Origin: an uncultured Solibacteraceae bacterium
GTDB lineage: Bacteria; Acidobacteriota; Terriglobia; Bryobacterales; Bryobacteraceae
NCBI GenBank assembly: GCA_964654065.1
Contig: CAZZHN010000005.1
Span: forward strand, 3,909-67,908
Reading direction: 5' to 3'
DNA: 64,000 nt
Part shown: positions 27,969 to 37,143 of the stretch, piece by piece
Numbering within the stretch: position 1 is the first letter of the stretch
Layout: each line of letters starts with the position of its first letter
Notes under the pieces: generated by a model
What the model was told of the DNA's origin: nothing
Databases searched by the model: none
What the model saw: the letters and a program-made list of their open reading frames with translations, nothing else
Translations under genes and position numbers: made by a program

Positions 27969-30596
27969 CTAACGGCTGCGGGATTGCGATTCGGCTGCGG
28001 TCGCCGCGGGTTCCCGGTGAAGGCCTCCTAAGCGAACGCGAGGCCGGACCAGCCGCTTGTAATCGCGGGCGAACTGGCGGATTTCGATGGCCTGGTTCTT
28101 CTCCACGTTGCTAAAGCGCTGCGCATTTCCGATGTCGCCCGGCCAGAGGATTTCCAGGCTCACGTTTTGCGCCGACTTTCCTAGTCCGATGTGCTGCTCC
28201 ATCGGCGAGGCGCCGAACGACCCGCCGCTGCCGACCGTCCGGTAGATGGAACGCGTTCCACGGGCGCTGCTCACGGTTACCTTGATGCGCGCGCCGACGC
28301 CGGGGCGATTCGCTTTCACGCCGACGAGTTTGAGGCTGATCCAGTCGTTATCGTGGCCGGGGTTCTCAAACAGGCGAAAAGCGTGGCTGTCTCCCGGCTC
28401 GGCGCCGCCAATCACGGTCAGGATATCTTCATCGCCGCGGTTGTCCATGTCGGCGAATGCAATCGCGTGCCCCTTGTGCAACTCGCCGGTGCCGGAGGAT
28501 GCGGTGATATCGACGAAGGACTTCCCCTCCTTGTTGCGCAGCAAGACGTTCGGAACCATGGCTGCGTATGAGGGACTGCCGGTGCCCAGATAGATGTCCA
28601 GGTAGCCGTCGTTGTCCACATCGCCGAAATTAGCGCCCATCGGCATGAAGACCTTGTTCAACCCGGCTTCCTCAGTGACGTCGCGGAAGGCTCCATTCCC
28701 GAGGTTCTTGTACAGCTTCAACGTGGTGGCGTTATGCGGAAGGCCGAAGTAGGTCTTGAGGGTCTCCTCGATGGACATATAGAAGCTGGTGACAAAGAGG
28801 TCCGGCCAGCCATCGTTGTCATAGTCGAAAAACCAGGTGGCGAAGCCGCGTCCGGAGCCCAGCACGCCGGCTTGCTTTGCGATGTCGGTGAAGGTGCCGT
28901 CGTGATTGTTATGGTAGAGCGAGCCGGCGCCCTGCAGGTTGGAAACGTAAAGGTCCATGTAACCGTCGTTGTCGTAGTCCCCGGCGGCGACTCCCTTGGT
29001 CACGGCGACCCGGTCCACACCCGCGGCGTGAGCGATATTCGTAAAAGTGCCGTCGCCGTTGTTGTGGTAGAGCTGGTTGGGGCCGACCTCGTTGCCAACG
29101 AAAAGATCGAGGAAGCCGTCATTGTCGATATCGACCCATACGGCTGTCTGCGTATCCGCGGTCACTTGGCCGAGGCCGCTCTCGAGAGTGACATCAGTGA
29201 AGGTGCCATTGCAGTTGTTGCGCAGCAGAGACACACGCTGCGGAACAGTCTGCCAGCCGCCGCGCAGAACCAGGAGATCCATGCAACCATCGTTGTTGTA
29301 ATCGGTCTGCATCAGATTGAGGCCGCCCAGTTGAGTGGAAAGGCCGGCGCTCTCGGTGCGGTCTGAGAACGTGCCATCGCCGTTGTTATGAAAGTAGTGC
29401 ATGGGGGCGCAGGTGCCCTGCGACGACGTGACCACGTCGAAACGGCCGTTGCCCTCGAAGTCATCCACCGCAACGCCGCCTGCCATCGAAAAACTGTTCA
29501 AGCCTGCCACAGGAGCCCGGTCGATGAACCGGCCGATATCCTCGGCCGAGGCGAACTGCGCGGGCGGCAGCAGATACGCTTTCGGAACTCCATTCGGGTA
29601 CTTACCCAGCGTGAGGTAGGAGATATTCAGCAGCCACTTCACTTCGAGGTCGTCCGGCTTCCGCTCGAGATACTTCAGAAAATGCTGGGCCGCCTTTTCC
29701 GAGTCCGCCGGCAGGCGGTACGCGGTGCTGACGCGCGGCGGAAACAGGCACCTGTCGCCGGGCTTGCGGTAGGCGTCGTTCTCCATTTCGGACTTGTGAA
29801 GGTAGCCGACACCGAGAAGCTCATCCAGGTAGGACACGGTATCCGCGGAGGACGCCGGAACACTCCGGTAGACAATCTCCCACTGCTCGATCGCCTGGTC
29901 CATGTTTCCGTCATACGCCCACAGTTGCCCCAGCGCCACCCGCATCGACATCGTGTCGTAAGCGGACCGGGTCTGCGCCCCTTCGGAAGCCGGATCGAGG
30001 TACTTTGCGGTGCCCTCGCGGGCCACCTCCAGCGACTTACGGCGGGCGAAGCAGATTTGCTGCAGATTCTGGCTCCAACCGGGCGGCTTCGGAATGTCCC
30101 CGAGAGCGGTTTCGGCCTCGAAGAGGCCGGAAAGGTCGAATGCGTAGCGGACGCCATTCGTGGGACTCAGCGCCTGCTGGATCGCGCGCTCCGCCTCCCG
30201 GGCCGCGGCTAACTCGGACGCCGGGACAACTTTCAGAATGGCAAAGCCGGCCGGCAGGTTGATTACTTGAGAAATGCGGCCCGGTTGAAGACCCCGCAGC
30301 GCATCGCGCAACTCGGCCCGCAAGGTCCCGGGAGCGACCTCACCCATCCAGCCGCCGTCGGCCGCCGTCGCGTCCACCGACTTTTCCTGGGCCAGCACGC
30401 CGAAGTCCGCGCCACGGTTCAGTAGTTCGAGGATCCGCTGCGCCTCGGCCAGGGAATTGACGACGATCAGCCGCAACGGGACGGTCCCGGCCGGCGAATC
30501 CTGTGCAACGGTCGGACGAAACAGCAGTCCCGCGCCCAGAATCACGGCCGCAAACCACGCATGCCTTACACGCCAGACCCTCAGAAAGCGTCGCAT
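27969..30596 (-). CDS. CRTAC1-family protein (FG-GAP/VCBS repeats + ASPIC/UnbV domain) with N-terminal parvulin-like domain
   Basis: Six D-x-D/N-x-D-G repeats (DYNNDGCMDLLV, DIDNDGFLDLFVGN, DYDNDGYMDLYVSN, DYDNDGWPDLFVT, DVDNDGYLDIYLG). UnbV_ASPIC end (RSIYRTVGSGGSFGASPMEQHIGLG). N-terminal PpiC-like segment (GADFGVLAQEKSVD...GGWMGEV...FAILKV). Confidence 0.85.
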   Translation of the reverse strand: MRRFLRVWRVRHAWFAAVILGAGLLFRPTVAQDSPAGTVPLRLIVVNSLAEAQRILELLNRGADFGVLAQEKSVDATAADGGWMGEVAPGTLRAELRDALRGLQPGRISQVINLPAGFAILKVVPASELAAAREAERAIQQALSPTNGVRYAFDLSGLFEAETALGDIPKPPGWSQNLQQICFARRKSLEVAREGTAKYLDPASEGAQTRSAYDTMSMRVALGQLWAYDGNMDQAIEQWEIVYRSVPASSADTVSYLDELLGVGYLHKSEMENDAYRKPGDRCLFPPRVSTAYRLPADSEKAAQHFLKYLERKPDDLEVKWLLNISYLTLGKYPNGVPKAYLLPPAQFASAEDIGRFIDRAPVAGLNSFSMAGGVAVDDFEGNGRFDVVTSSQGTCAPMHYFHNNGDGTFSDRTESAGLSTQLGGLNLMQTDYNNDGCMDLLVLRGGWQTVPQRVSLLRNNCNGTFTDVTLESGLGQVTADTQTAVWVDIDNDGFLDLFVGNEVGPNQLYHNNGDGTFTNIAHAAGVDRVAVTKGVAAGDYDNDGYMDLYVSNLQGAGSLYHNNHDGTFTDIAKQAGVLGSGRGFATWFFDYDNDGWPDLFVTSFYMSIEETLKTYFGLPHNATTLKLYKNLGNGAFRDVTEEAGLNKVFMPMGANFGDVDNDGYLDIYLGTGSPSYAAMVPNVLLRNKEGKSFVDITASSGTGELHKGHAIAFADMDNRGDEDILTVIGGAEPGDSHAFRLFENPGHDNDWISLKLVGVKANRPGVGARIKVTVSSARGTRSIYRTVGSGGSFGASPMEQHIGLGKSAQNVSLEILWPGDIGNAQRFSNVEKNQAIEIRQFARDYKRLVRPRVRLGGLHREPAATAAESQSRSR

Positions 30597-30819
30597 CCAG
30601 TGAGTCCATCATAGCGCCTGGGACGCGGCGGTTCTTTCCCCGGCCTAAGCCGGGAAAGGATTGGGCCGGCCGAGGGCGGGGTTCCAGAGGGTGGGATCGC
30701 CAGGCGCGGAACCCTCCGCATGTTACCGTACATTCGGCGCTGGATCCCTGAAAATACGGCAGCAGCCGCCCAGGCGCAGGGAACCAGTACTCCGCCAGAA
30801 AAATCCTTGTCCGTGCGCC

Positions 30820-30848
30820 TTGACACAACGCCGGAAACAGCTGAGAAT
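30820..30848 (+). promoter_or_regulatory. Candidate sigma70-type promoter of the six-gene operon: TTGACA-17 nt-GAGAAT
   Basis: TTGACA at 30820-30825 and GAGAAT at 30843-30848, then GGAGGG and the GTG start at 30869. Confidence 0.35.
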
Positions 30849-30868
30849 AGCCGTCACGGAGGGAAAGT

Positions 30869-31777
30869 GTGGCCAGGAGGGGGCTGACCCACGAGGATTG
30901 CTACATCGTTGTGCGGGGGTTGCGCCACCACTACGTCGATTATGGCGGCGCAGGGGAAGTCATCATCGCTCTTCCCGGTCTGGTGCAGACCGCCCGCGCT
31001 TTTGACTCGATTGCTCCACTGCTGGTGCCTCACGTCCGCCTGATCGCGCTCGATTTTCGCGGCCGGGGCGAGACCGATTGGGGTCCGCCGGAGAGGTATC
31101 GCTTCGATCAGTATTTGAAGGACGTCCGCGAGTTCATCAATCTTATGGGTTTTGAGAAGGTCGGGCTGATCGGCACCTCGCTGGGCGGCTTTATTGCCCG
31201 CATGTTCGCGACCGCGTACCCGGCCCGGGTGACCCGATTGATCCTCAACGATTGTGCGATCGGTGGCAATATGGCCGGATTACTCCGCGTCGGGGCGCGC
31301 CCGGCGACCGCGCCGAACGAGTTTGCCAGCCTGCAGGAGGCGGTGGAATGGTTTCACGCCACGCGCCCGGGCATGGATCGCATGGACGCTGAAACGCAGG
31401 AAGAGTATGTCTCACATTACTTGAAAGCCACGCCGGGAGGCGGGCTATGTTTCGACTGCGACCCTGCGGTGATCCGGATGGCCGATGGACTGGTGAACCA
31501 GCTCGCCGGGCTCCGGCGGACGGACCTGGAATCGAAGGTGGTGTGGGAACAGGCGAGCCGTTTAACCATGCCGCTGCTGTTGATTCGCGGAGCGCTGAGC
31601 GACGTAATCTCCCCGGTCACGATAGCCCGCATGCAAGAGGTGCTGCCTCACGCCAAATCGGTAGAGATCCCAGGGGTCAGCCATTCACCGACTCTCTACG
31701 AATCGGAAGCCCAGTCCGCCATCCGGGACTTCTTTGGTTTTCGAACCCAGGAACTAGCTGCGGAGGCGGCCATATAA
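30869..31777 (+). CDS. Alpha/beta hydrolase (operon gene 1)
   Basis: GTG start after GGAGGG. Nucleophile elbow GTSLGG and C-terminal GVSHSP (His). 302 aa. Confidence 0.8.
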   Translation: MARRGLTHEDCYIVVRGLRHHYVDYGGAGEVIIALPGLVQTARAFDSIAPLLVPHVRLIALDFRGRGETDWGPPERYRFDQYLKDVREFINLMGFEKVGLIGTSLGGFIARMFATAYPARVTRLILNDCAIGGNMAGLLRVGARPATAPNEFASLQEAVEWFHATRPGMDRMDAETQEEYVSHYLKATPGGGLCFDCDPAVIRMADGLVNQLAGLRRTDLESKVVWEQASRLTMPLLLIRGALSDVISPVTIARMQEVLPHAKSVEIPGVSHSPTLYESEAQSAIRDFFGFRTQELAAEAAI

Positions 31778-31819
31778 GCGGCTCTGCGCACGAAGCGCAC
31801 GAAGTATTGAGGGAATACT

Positions 31820-33124
31820 ATGCTCACTGCAACCGAAGCACAGATGTCAATCGGAGGGGTTTCGTCCGCCAGCCTGGCCAGCGAGTTCGGGACCCCTCTC
31901 TACGTTTACGATGCCGACGAGGTGCGCCGGTCGTTTCGCCGGATTGTGAGTGCCGTGCCGTATGCGCCGGTGACAATTCACTACGCGTGCGTAACGAATG
32001 CGAACCTGGCGCTGATGCGGCTGATCCACGCACTGGGCGGCGGCATCCATGCCAACACGTGGGGCGATGCCGTGATGGCCCTGCATGCCGGCTTCGCGTC
32101 CAAGGACATTGTCTACAGTGGAAGCAATATCAGCGCGGACGACTTTCAGAACATTTTTGCCAACCGGGTTCGCGTCAATGTGAATTCGCTGAGCCAGCTC
32201 CGCCAGTATGCGGCCCATCTGCATGACTTCGAGCGGCGGCACGGCGGCAATCTCAACGTCATGCGGGGAGTTGGCATGCGCATCCACCTGGAAGACAAGA
32301 TGCTCTACAGCCGGATGGGAGTGAAGACCAGCGAGATTGCCGAGGCGCGCGACATCGCGGCACGTGAGGGACTGCGGCTCACGGGCGTGCACTACTATCG
32401 CGGCACCGGCACCATCCACATCCATCATTTTCTGGAGCCGTTCCCGTACCTGATGGAGGTGGGCAAGCAGCTCGGCGAAACGCTGGAGTATGTCGACATC
32501 GGCGGCGGTTTCGGCTATCCCTACATGCCGGGCGGCCCGGACGACTTCAACTGGGAATTCTTCGGCGCCAGCATGAACGGCATGCTGGAGGATCTTTCGA
32601 GCACGATCGGGCGGCGGGTGTCGCTCGTACTCGAGCCGGGCCGGAGCGTGGTGGCTTCGTCCGGGTATGTGCTGTCCCGGGTAGTGGCGGTAGACCGGCG
32701 CGCGGCGGGCGGGCAGGTGGTGGGCGTCGATACCACGGTGAGTCACATCAGCAGCGAGACGTTTCGCGTGTACGGTGGCTACCGGCGCATCGCCCTTGCC
32801 AACCGGGATAGTGACGAACAGCCGGTGCCGACCGACGTGGTCGGATCCACGACATTCTCCGACGACTACATCGGACGAGCCCCGCGCTACGACAAGACCG
32901 ACAGAGGAATCCTGCTTCCCCCGCTTCATGAAGGGGACCTGCTCGCCGTGCTCGACGCTGGCGGCTACGGATTTGCGTTCGCATCCAACTTCCTCAACAA
33001 GCCGAGGCCGGCAGAAGTCCTGATCGACGGCGGACAGGCGCGCCTGGTCCGCAGGCGCGAGACCTACGACGACATGCTCCGGCTCCAGCAGGAAGTGGAG
33101 CTGAGCAAATCGGCGACAGCCTGA
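31820..33124 (+). CDS. Fold-type-III (Orn/DAP/Arg decarboxylase family 2) homolog lacking the PLP Schiff-base lysine (operon gene 2)
   Basis: Clear DapDC-like collinearity: FGTPLYVYD, VDIGGGFGYPY, LEPGRSVVA, DAGGYGF, ARLVRRRETYDD. The Y-A-x-K-x-N site reads HYACVTN (Lys replaced by Val). C-E-S-G-D reads TFSDD. H-x-G-S reads YYRGTG. Confidence 0.85.
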   Translation: MLTATEAQMSIGGVSSASLASEFGTPLYVYDADEVRRSFRRIVSAVPYAPVTIHYACVTNANLALMRLIHALGGGIHANTWGDAVMALHAGFASKDIVYSGSNISADDFQNIFANRVRVNVNSLSQLRQYAAHLHDFERRHGGNLNVMRGVGMRIHLEDKMLYSRMGVKTSEIAEARDIAAREGLRLTGVHYYRGTGTIHIHHFLEPFPYLMEVGKQLGETLEYVDIGGGFGYPYMPGGPDDFNWEFFGASMNGMLEDLSSTIGRRVSLVLEPGRSVVASSGYVLSRVVAVDRRAAGGQVVGVDTTVSHISSETFRVYGGYRRIALANRDSDEQPVPTDVVGSTTFSDDYIGRAPRYDKTDRGILLPPLHEGDLLAVLDAGGYGFAFASNFLNKPRPAEVLIDGGQARLVRRRETYDDMLRLQQEVELSKSATA

Positions 33125-33127
33125 CCA

Positions 33128-34162
33128 ATGTACATCCTGGTCTCGGTGCCCAATGAGGCGTTCCATCGCGTGATGGTGGCGCGCGCCCTGCATCGCAGGC
33201 TCGGCGTGGAATCGTCGGTGTACCGCAACGCTTCTGAACTGCTGCGCCGCGTGGAGCGATCCTACGGCGGGCGCATCGTTCTGCTCGACTGGACCAGGCG
33301 GCAGATTGCAGCCGATGTGAAGGTGGCGGGCGCCTCCGGACTCGCCATCGGAAAGGATGCGATCTACTGTTCGAGCTGGACCGGGAACTGCGTCGAGCGC
33401 CTGCAGAGAGGCGCGCCGCGCCGCGAGATCTCTCACCCCTGGTTCAACCATCTGCACACGGTGGAGTTTACCGAGGCGGGGACGCTGCTGGTGGCTAGCG
33501 CCGGCGCGGACCTGATTCTGGAGATGTCGGTAGAAGGGGAGGTGCTTTGGCATTGGTTCGGGCCGGATCACGGATTCGCGCCGAAGACGCCCGGGCCATC
33601 CTCCTCGTTCGACCCGGATACCGATTACCGCGAGGTGCGCCGCAGCACCTCCGAGCGGGGCATGCACGTGACCTCGGCGCTGGCGGTGGGCGCCGGCAAG
33701 GTGCTGGCCGCCCTGTTTCACCAGGGCCAGCTGATCCTGATCGACCGCAAGACCGGCGCCGCCGAGACCATACTCAGCGGACTGGTGCGGCCGCACGGCA
33801 TCCACCGGCGTCCCGGCGGCTTCATTCTTTCCGACACGCTGGGCCATCGCATCCTGCTTCTCGACGATGCCCTCCGGATGTGCACCGAGATTCCGTTTGG
33901 TTCGCAGTGGCTGCAAGACACGATTCTCACCAGCGCCGGGACTTACTTCACGCTGGAGAATGTCCACATCGATCAGGAGCCGCAGCCCGGGCTGTCCAAC
34001 CACATTGCCGAGATTGATCGGGCCGGCACGCCTCTGGGCGGGATTCAAGTGCCGCCCGACCACCGGCTCTTCGCGGTGCGCGAGATCCCTGACGATGCGG
34101 CGCAGTGGATGATCGCCGAGTGGGGATCGAGCGGCGATCTGGATGGCTGGGCGTGGAACTGA
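33128..34162 (+). CDS. Hypothetical protein, possibly beta-propeller-like (operon gene 3)
   Basis: 344 aa, starting 3 nt after gene 2. Repeated strand-like segments (LLVASAGADLILEMSVEGEVLWHW, GQLILIDRKTG, GGFILSDTLGHRILLLD). No family recognised with confidence. Confidence 0.6.
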   Translation: MYILVSVPNEAFHRVMVARALHRRLGVESSVYRNASELLRRVERSYGGRIVLLDWTRRQIAADVKVAGASGLAIGKDAIYCSSWTGNCVERLQRGAPRREISHPWFNHLHTVEFTEAGTLLVASAGADLILEMSVEGEVLWHWFGPDHGFAPKTPGPSSSFDPDTDYREVRRSTSERGMHVTSALAVGAGKVLAALFHQGQLILIDRKTGAAETILSGLVRPHGIHRRPGGFILSDTLGHRILLLDDALRMCTEIPFGSQWLQDTILTSAGTYFTLENVHIDQEPQPGLSNHIAEIDRAGTPLGGIQVPPDHRLFAVREIPDDAAQWMIAEWGSSGDLDGWAWN

Positions 34163-35211
34163 CGGCGTCGCATTACTTCACCGATCGCCTGGAAGAGGCG
34201 TACGCCCACATCGACCGGCTGGGTGCGCACTTCTGTTTCCGGCTGGCGCACGAGTTCCGGTTGTTGGAGGAGCCGAACGCAAAACCGGCCTGGCTGGCGC
34301 CGGAGGCGGAATATCTTTGGCGCTATGTCCTCGACGTGCTCGCAGAGGAGGGGTGCCTGGTGCGCGAAGGCGGCGGGTGGCGCGCAGCCGCGCCGTGCCC
34401 CGCCGATGAGAGTTCGCGGTTGTACGCCGGGGCCGCGTCGGCCTGCCCCGAAGCGGCGGCGATCTTCGAGCTGATGAAACGCTGCTACGATCATGCTCCT
34501 GCGTTTCTGAGCGGCAGGCAGACGGGCGTGAGTGTCGTTTTTCCGCGCGGCGACCTGTGCTTATGGGAGCGCGTGCACCGGCAGGACGCTGTCATGTCGA
34601 TCTACGCGGACCCGGTTCCGGCCGCCCTGGCGGACGTGTTGCAGCCGGGCGCGCGGGTGCTCGAGGTGGGTGCGGGAGTGGGCGCGGTATTGCGCCGGTG
34701 TCTGCCGATGCTGAAGGAGGGGGAACTTGCCGAATACTGGTTCACCGACCTCGGGCGGCTCTTCGTGCAGCGTGCCGAGCAGGAATACGCAGGGGAAGGG
34801 TTGGCCCGATTCGCGGTGCTCGACCTGGACCAGCCGCTCGCGCCGCAGGGGTTCGCGCCGGGACAGTTCGACGTGGTTCTGGGTGTGAACGTGTTCCATT
34901 CGGCGCGGAACCTGGAATTCAGCTTGCAGGAATTGCGATCGCTGCTGCGGGACGGGGGAACTGTGATTCTGGGAGAGGGTTCGCCGCCGCGGGAAGGGAA
35001 GCGATGGCGGCTCGACTTTGTCTTCGCCTTCCTGCGAGGCTGGTGGGATGTCACGCTCGATTCCGCGTTCCGGCCGCGACCCGGCTTCCTGTTTCCCCGC
35101 GAGTGGATCCGGCTGTTCCAGCACTGCGGCTACCAGCGCGTCGCGGCGTTTCCGGGCGAGCAATGGTTTCCAGGCGCCTGCCGCGGCGGACTGGTGGTAG
35201 CCACAAAATGA
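34153..35211 (+). CDS. Class I SAM-dependent methyltransferase with N-terminal helical domain (operon gene 4)
   Basis: Motif I ARVLEVGAGVGAV, then DVVLGVNVFH and GGTVILGE. GTG 34153 overlaps the gene 3 stop (GTGGAACTGA). ATG 34105 is the alternative start. Confidence 0.75.
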   Translation: MELTASHYFTDRLEEAYAHIDRLGAHFCFRLAHEFRLLEEPNAKPAWLAPEAEYLWRYVLDVLAEEGCLVREGGGWRAAAPCPADESSRLYAGAASACPEAAAIFELMKRCYDHAPAFLSGRQTGVSVVFPRGDLCLWERVHRQDAVMSIYADPVPAALADVLQPGARVLEVGAGVGAVLRRCLPMLKEGELAEYWFTDLGRLFVQRAEQEYAGEGLARFAVLDLDQPLAPQGFAPGQFDVVLGVNVFHSARNLEFSLQELRSLLRDGGTVILGEGSPPREGKRWRLDFVFAFLRGWWDVTLDSAFRPRPGFLFPREWIRLFQHCGYQRVAAFPGEQWFPGACRGGLVVATK

Positions 35212-36860
35212 CCGCTGATCTGCTTCTGGGAACTGACTGGCTGCGGCCGGTTCACCATGCTCCGGGGTATGTGTTTGGTGCGGCGGCGCCGGCGGAGTCG
35301 ACGGTGACGGGAGTGCTGGCCCGGCAGGCGGCGGCGATGCCGGATGCTCCGTTCCTGACCGGCCTGGACGATGCGCCGCGGCGGGTGCTCAGGTATGCCG
35401 AGGCGCATGCGGAAGTCTCGCGCCGCGTGGGTGTGCTTCGCGGATGGGGGTTGCAGCGGGGAGATCGCATCGGCGTCCTCGGGCAGAATTCGCTCGATTT
35501 CGTGCTCGCCGTGCTGGCATGCCTTGAGGCGGGTGCGGTCGCCGTACTTCTGAATCACCGGGATCCGGTGGCGCGCATCGCTAATCGCGCGGCGTTCACC
35601 GGCGTCCGGTTTCTCCTCTATGAAGCCTGTCTGGCGGCGCTCGCCGAAAACTGTACCGGTGTGGAACGGCTGTGCGGGTTCGACGAATTGAAGCGCCTGG
35701 CCGCCAGCGTCAGGGAGACCCGCAGTAGTGCGCCGCCCAAGCCGACGGACGCGGCCCTCATCTTTTTCACCTCGGGGACGACCGGCATGCCGAAGGCGGT
35801 GGTTCAGTCCCATTACGCGCTGGCGCAGAATGCGCTCTCCCTGGCGAGGCACCATCGTATCCTGCGGGGGATGAACCTGCTTTGCGTGTTGCCGCTGCAC
35901 CACGTCAACGGGCTGGAGTTCACGATTCTGGGCGTTCTTTGCGGCGGTGGTCACACGGTGGTCTGCCGGGGGTTCGACGGGCTGAAATTCTGGACCCTGG
36001 TGGAGGAGCACCGGATCGAGATCGCGAGCCTGGTGCCGAACCTGCTGCGGCTGCTGGCCGACCGTCCCGCACTGCGCGGAGGCCGCGGCAAGAGCCTGCG
36101 CTACGCGGTTTCGGCGGCGGCGCCGCTTTCCATCGCCATCGCGGAGAGCGCGTGGTCGCGTCTCGGACTGAGGATTGTGCAAGGCTACGGCCTGTCCGAA
36201 GTGACCAACTTTACCTGTGTCATGCCGCCCGATTTGAGCGTGGAGGAATATGAGCGGTGGATGACGAAGGGCCGGCGGACCTCGATTGGGCCGGCGCTGC
36301 CGGGGCAGGAGGTCCGCATCGATGTTGAAGCGGGCGAGGAAGGCGAGATTCTCATCCGCGGCAACTCGGTGATGAGCGGTTATCTGCACAACGAGCAGGC
36401 GACAGAAGAAGTATTCTCAGGTGGATGGTTCCATTCCGGCGACCTCGGCTACGCGATTGCGGACGGTGCGGGGCGCCAGTTCATCCATGTGTCGGGACGG
36501 GTGCGCGAAATTGCCAAGCGTTCCGGCGCCATGATCAACCTGCTGGAGGTGGATGAGGTGTTGGGCACGATCCCGGGAGTTTCGGATTTCGCGTCGGCAG
36601 CGTTTGCCAACAAGTGGGTGGACGAGGAGATCGGCGCCGTCGTGGTGAAGGAGCCGGACAGCAGCGTGACCGAGGAGAGCGTCCTGGAGTACTGCCGGCA
36701 GCGGCTGCCGTTTACGGAGTCGCCCAAGGCGGTCGTGTTCGTGGAGGACGTGCCGCGTACGGCCACCGGCAAGGTTCGACGGGCCGAGATCGCGAGCCAT
36801 TTTGCGGCGCACGCGGACCGCCTGTTCGTGGATCGCCGGGCCGCGGTGGCTAAGGAGTGA
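35208..36860 (+). CDS. ANL-superfamily adenylate-forming ligase (acyl/aminoacyl-carrier-protein or CoA ligase) (operon gene 5)
   Basis: ATGA overlap with gene 4. Core motifs FFTSGTTGMPKAVVQSH, QGYGLSEVT, GWFHSGDLGY, GRVREIAKRSG, PRTATGKVRR. The 767-aa ORF-track version is an out-of-frame upstream extension. Confidence 0.85.
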   Translation: MTADLLLGTDWLRPVHHAPGYVFGAAAPAESTVTGVLARQAAAMPDAPFLTGLDDAPRRVLRYAEAHAEVSRRVGVLRGWGLQRGDRIGVLGQNSLDFVLAVLACLEAGAVAVLLNHRDPVARIANRAAFTGVRFLLYEACLAALAENCTGVERLCGFDELKRLAASVRETRSSAPPKPTDAALIFFTSGTTGMPKAVVQSHYALAQNALSLARHHRILRGMNLLCVLPLHHVNGLEFTILGVLCGGGHTVVCRGFDGLKFWTLVEEHRIEIASLVPNLLRLLADRPALRGGRGKSLRYAVSAAAPLSIAIAESAWSRLGLRIVQGYGLSEVTNFTCVMPPDLSVEEYERWMTKGRRTSIGPALPGQEVRIDVEAGEEGEILIRGNSVMSGYLHNEQATEEVFSGGWFHSGDLGYAIADGAGRQFIHVSGRVREIAKRSGAMINLLEVDEVLGTIPGVSDFASAAFANKWVDEEIGAVVVKEPDSSVTEESVLEYCRQRLPFTESPKAVVFVEDVPRTATGKVRRAEIASHFAAHADRLFVDRRAAVAKE

Positions 36861-36865
36861 ATGGT

Positions 36866-37132
36866 ATGGTCGAGCTGACGAACCGTGTGCTGGCGTGCGC
36901 CAACAAGGTGGCCGGAAAATCGCTGGCGCTGCCGGATGGCGAAGATCTTGCCCTGGAGGCGTTCCAGTTCGATTCGTTGAGCATTTTCGCCTTCATGGTC
37001 GAGCTCGAAAACGAGTTTGGGGTGAGCATTGACGAGGCTCTTCTGAACGATCAGGAACTGCGCACCGTGCGGTCAACGGCGGCGTTCGTGGCATCGCAGC
37101 AGGGCGGGGGAACGGGAGCGGCCGCCGGTTAG
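36866..37132 (+). CDS. Stand-alone acyl/peptidyl carrier protein (operon gene 6)
   Basis: AAGGAG 8 nt upstream of ATG 36866. Phosphopantetheine-site context FQFDSLSIFAFMVELENEFGV. About 88 aa. Confidence 0.8.
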   Translation: MVELTNRVLACANKVAGKSLALPDGEDLALEAFQFDSLSIFAFMVELENEFGVSIDEALLNDQELRTVRSTAAFVASQQGGGTGAAAG

Positions 37133-37143
37133 GCGCACGAACC

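Noticed and set aside
30631-30660. Hairpin CTTTCCCCGGC-ctaa-GCCGGGAAAG in the CRTAC1/hydrolase intergenic region as another REP copy.
   Set aside because: It has no GTAG flank, no second copy in the window and an imperfect stem. It may just be part of the divergent promoter region.
31847-34063. Very long antisense ORFs. Examples: 31847-34063 (738 aa), 50314-52422 (702 aa), 9684-11399, 20379-22070, 49974-51635, 54864-56501, 3623-5176, 14597-16030, 6526-7767, 24896-26152, 35130-36389, 43718-44935, 44908-45990.
   Set aside because: Each lies opposite a gene with clear family motifs. Their translations are Arg/Gly/Ala/Pro/His-rich with no motifs. This is typical of stop-codon-poor shadow frames in high-GC DNA.
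34557-35207. The 5' 217 codons of the 767-aa ORF-track version of the ligase gene.
   Set aside because: This part overlaps the methyltransferase gene in another frame and is Arg/Gly-rich nonsense. The ATG at 35208 (ATGA coupling) gives a normal ANL N-terminus.
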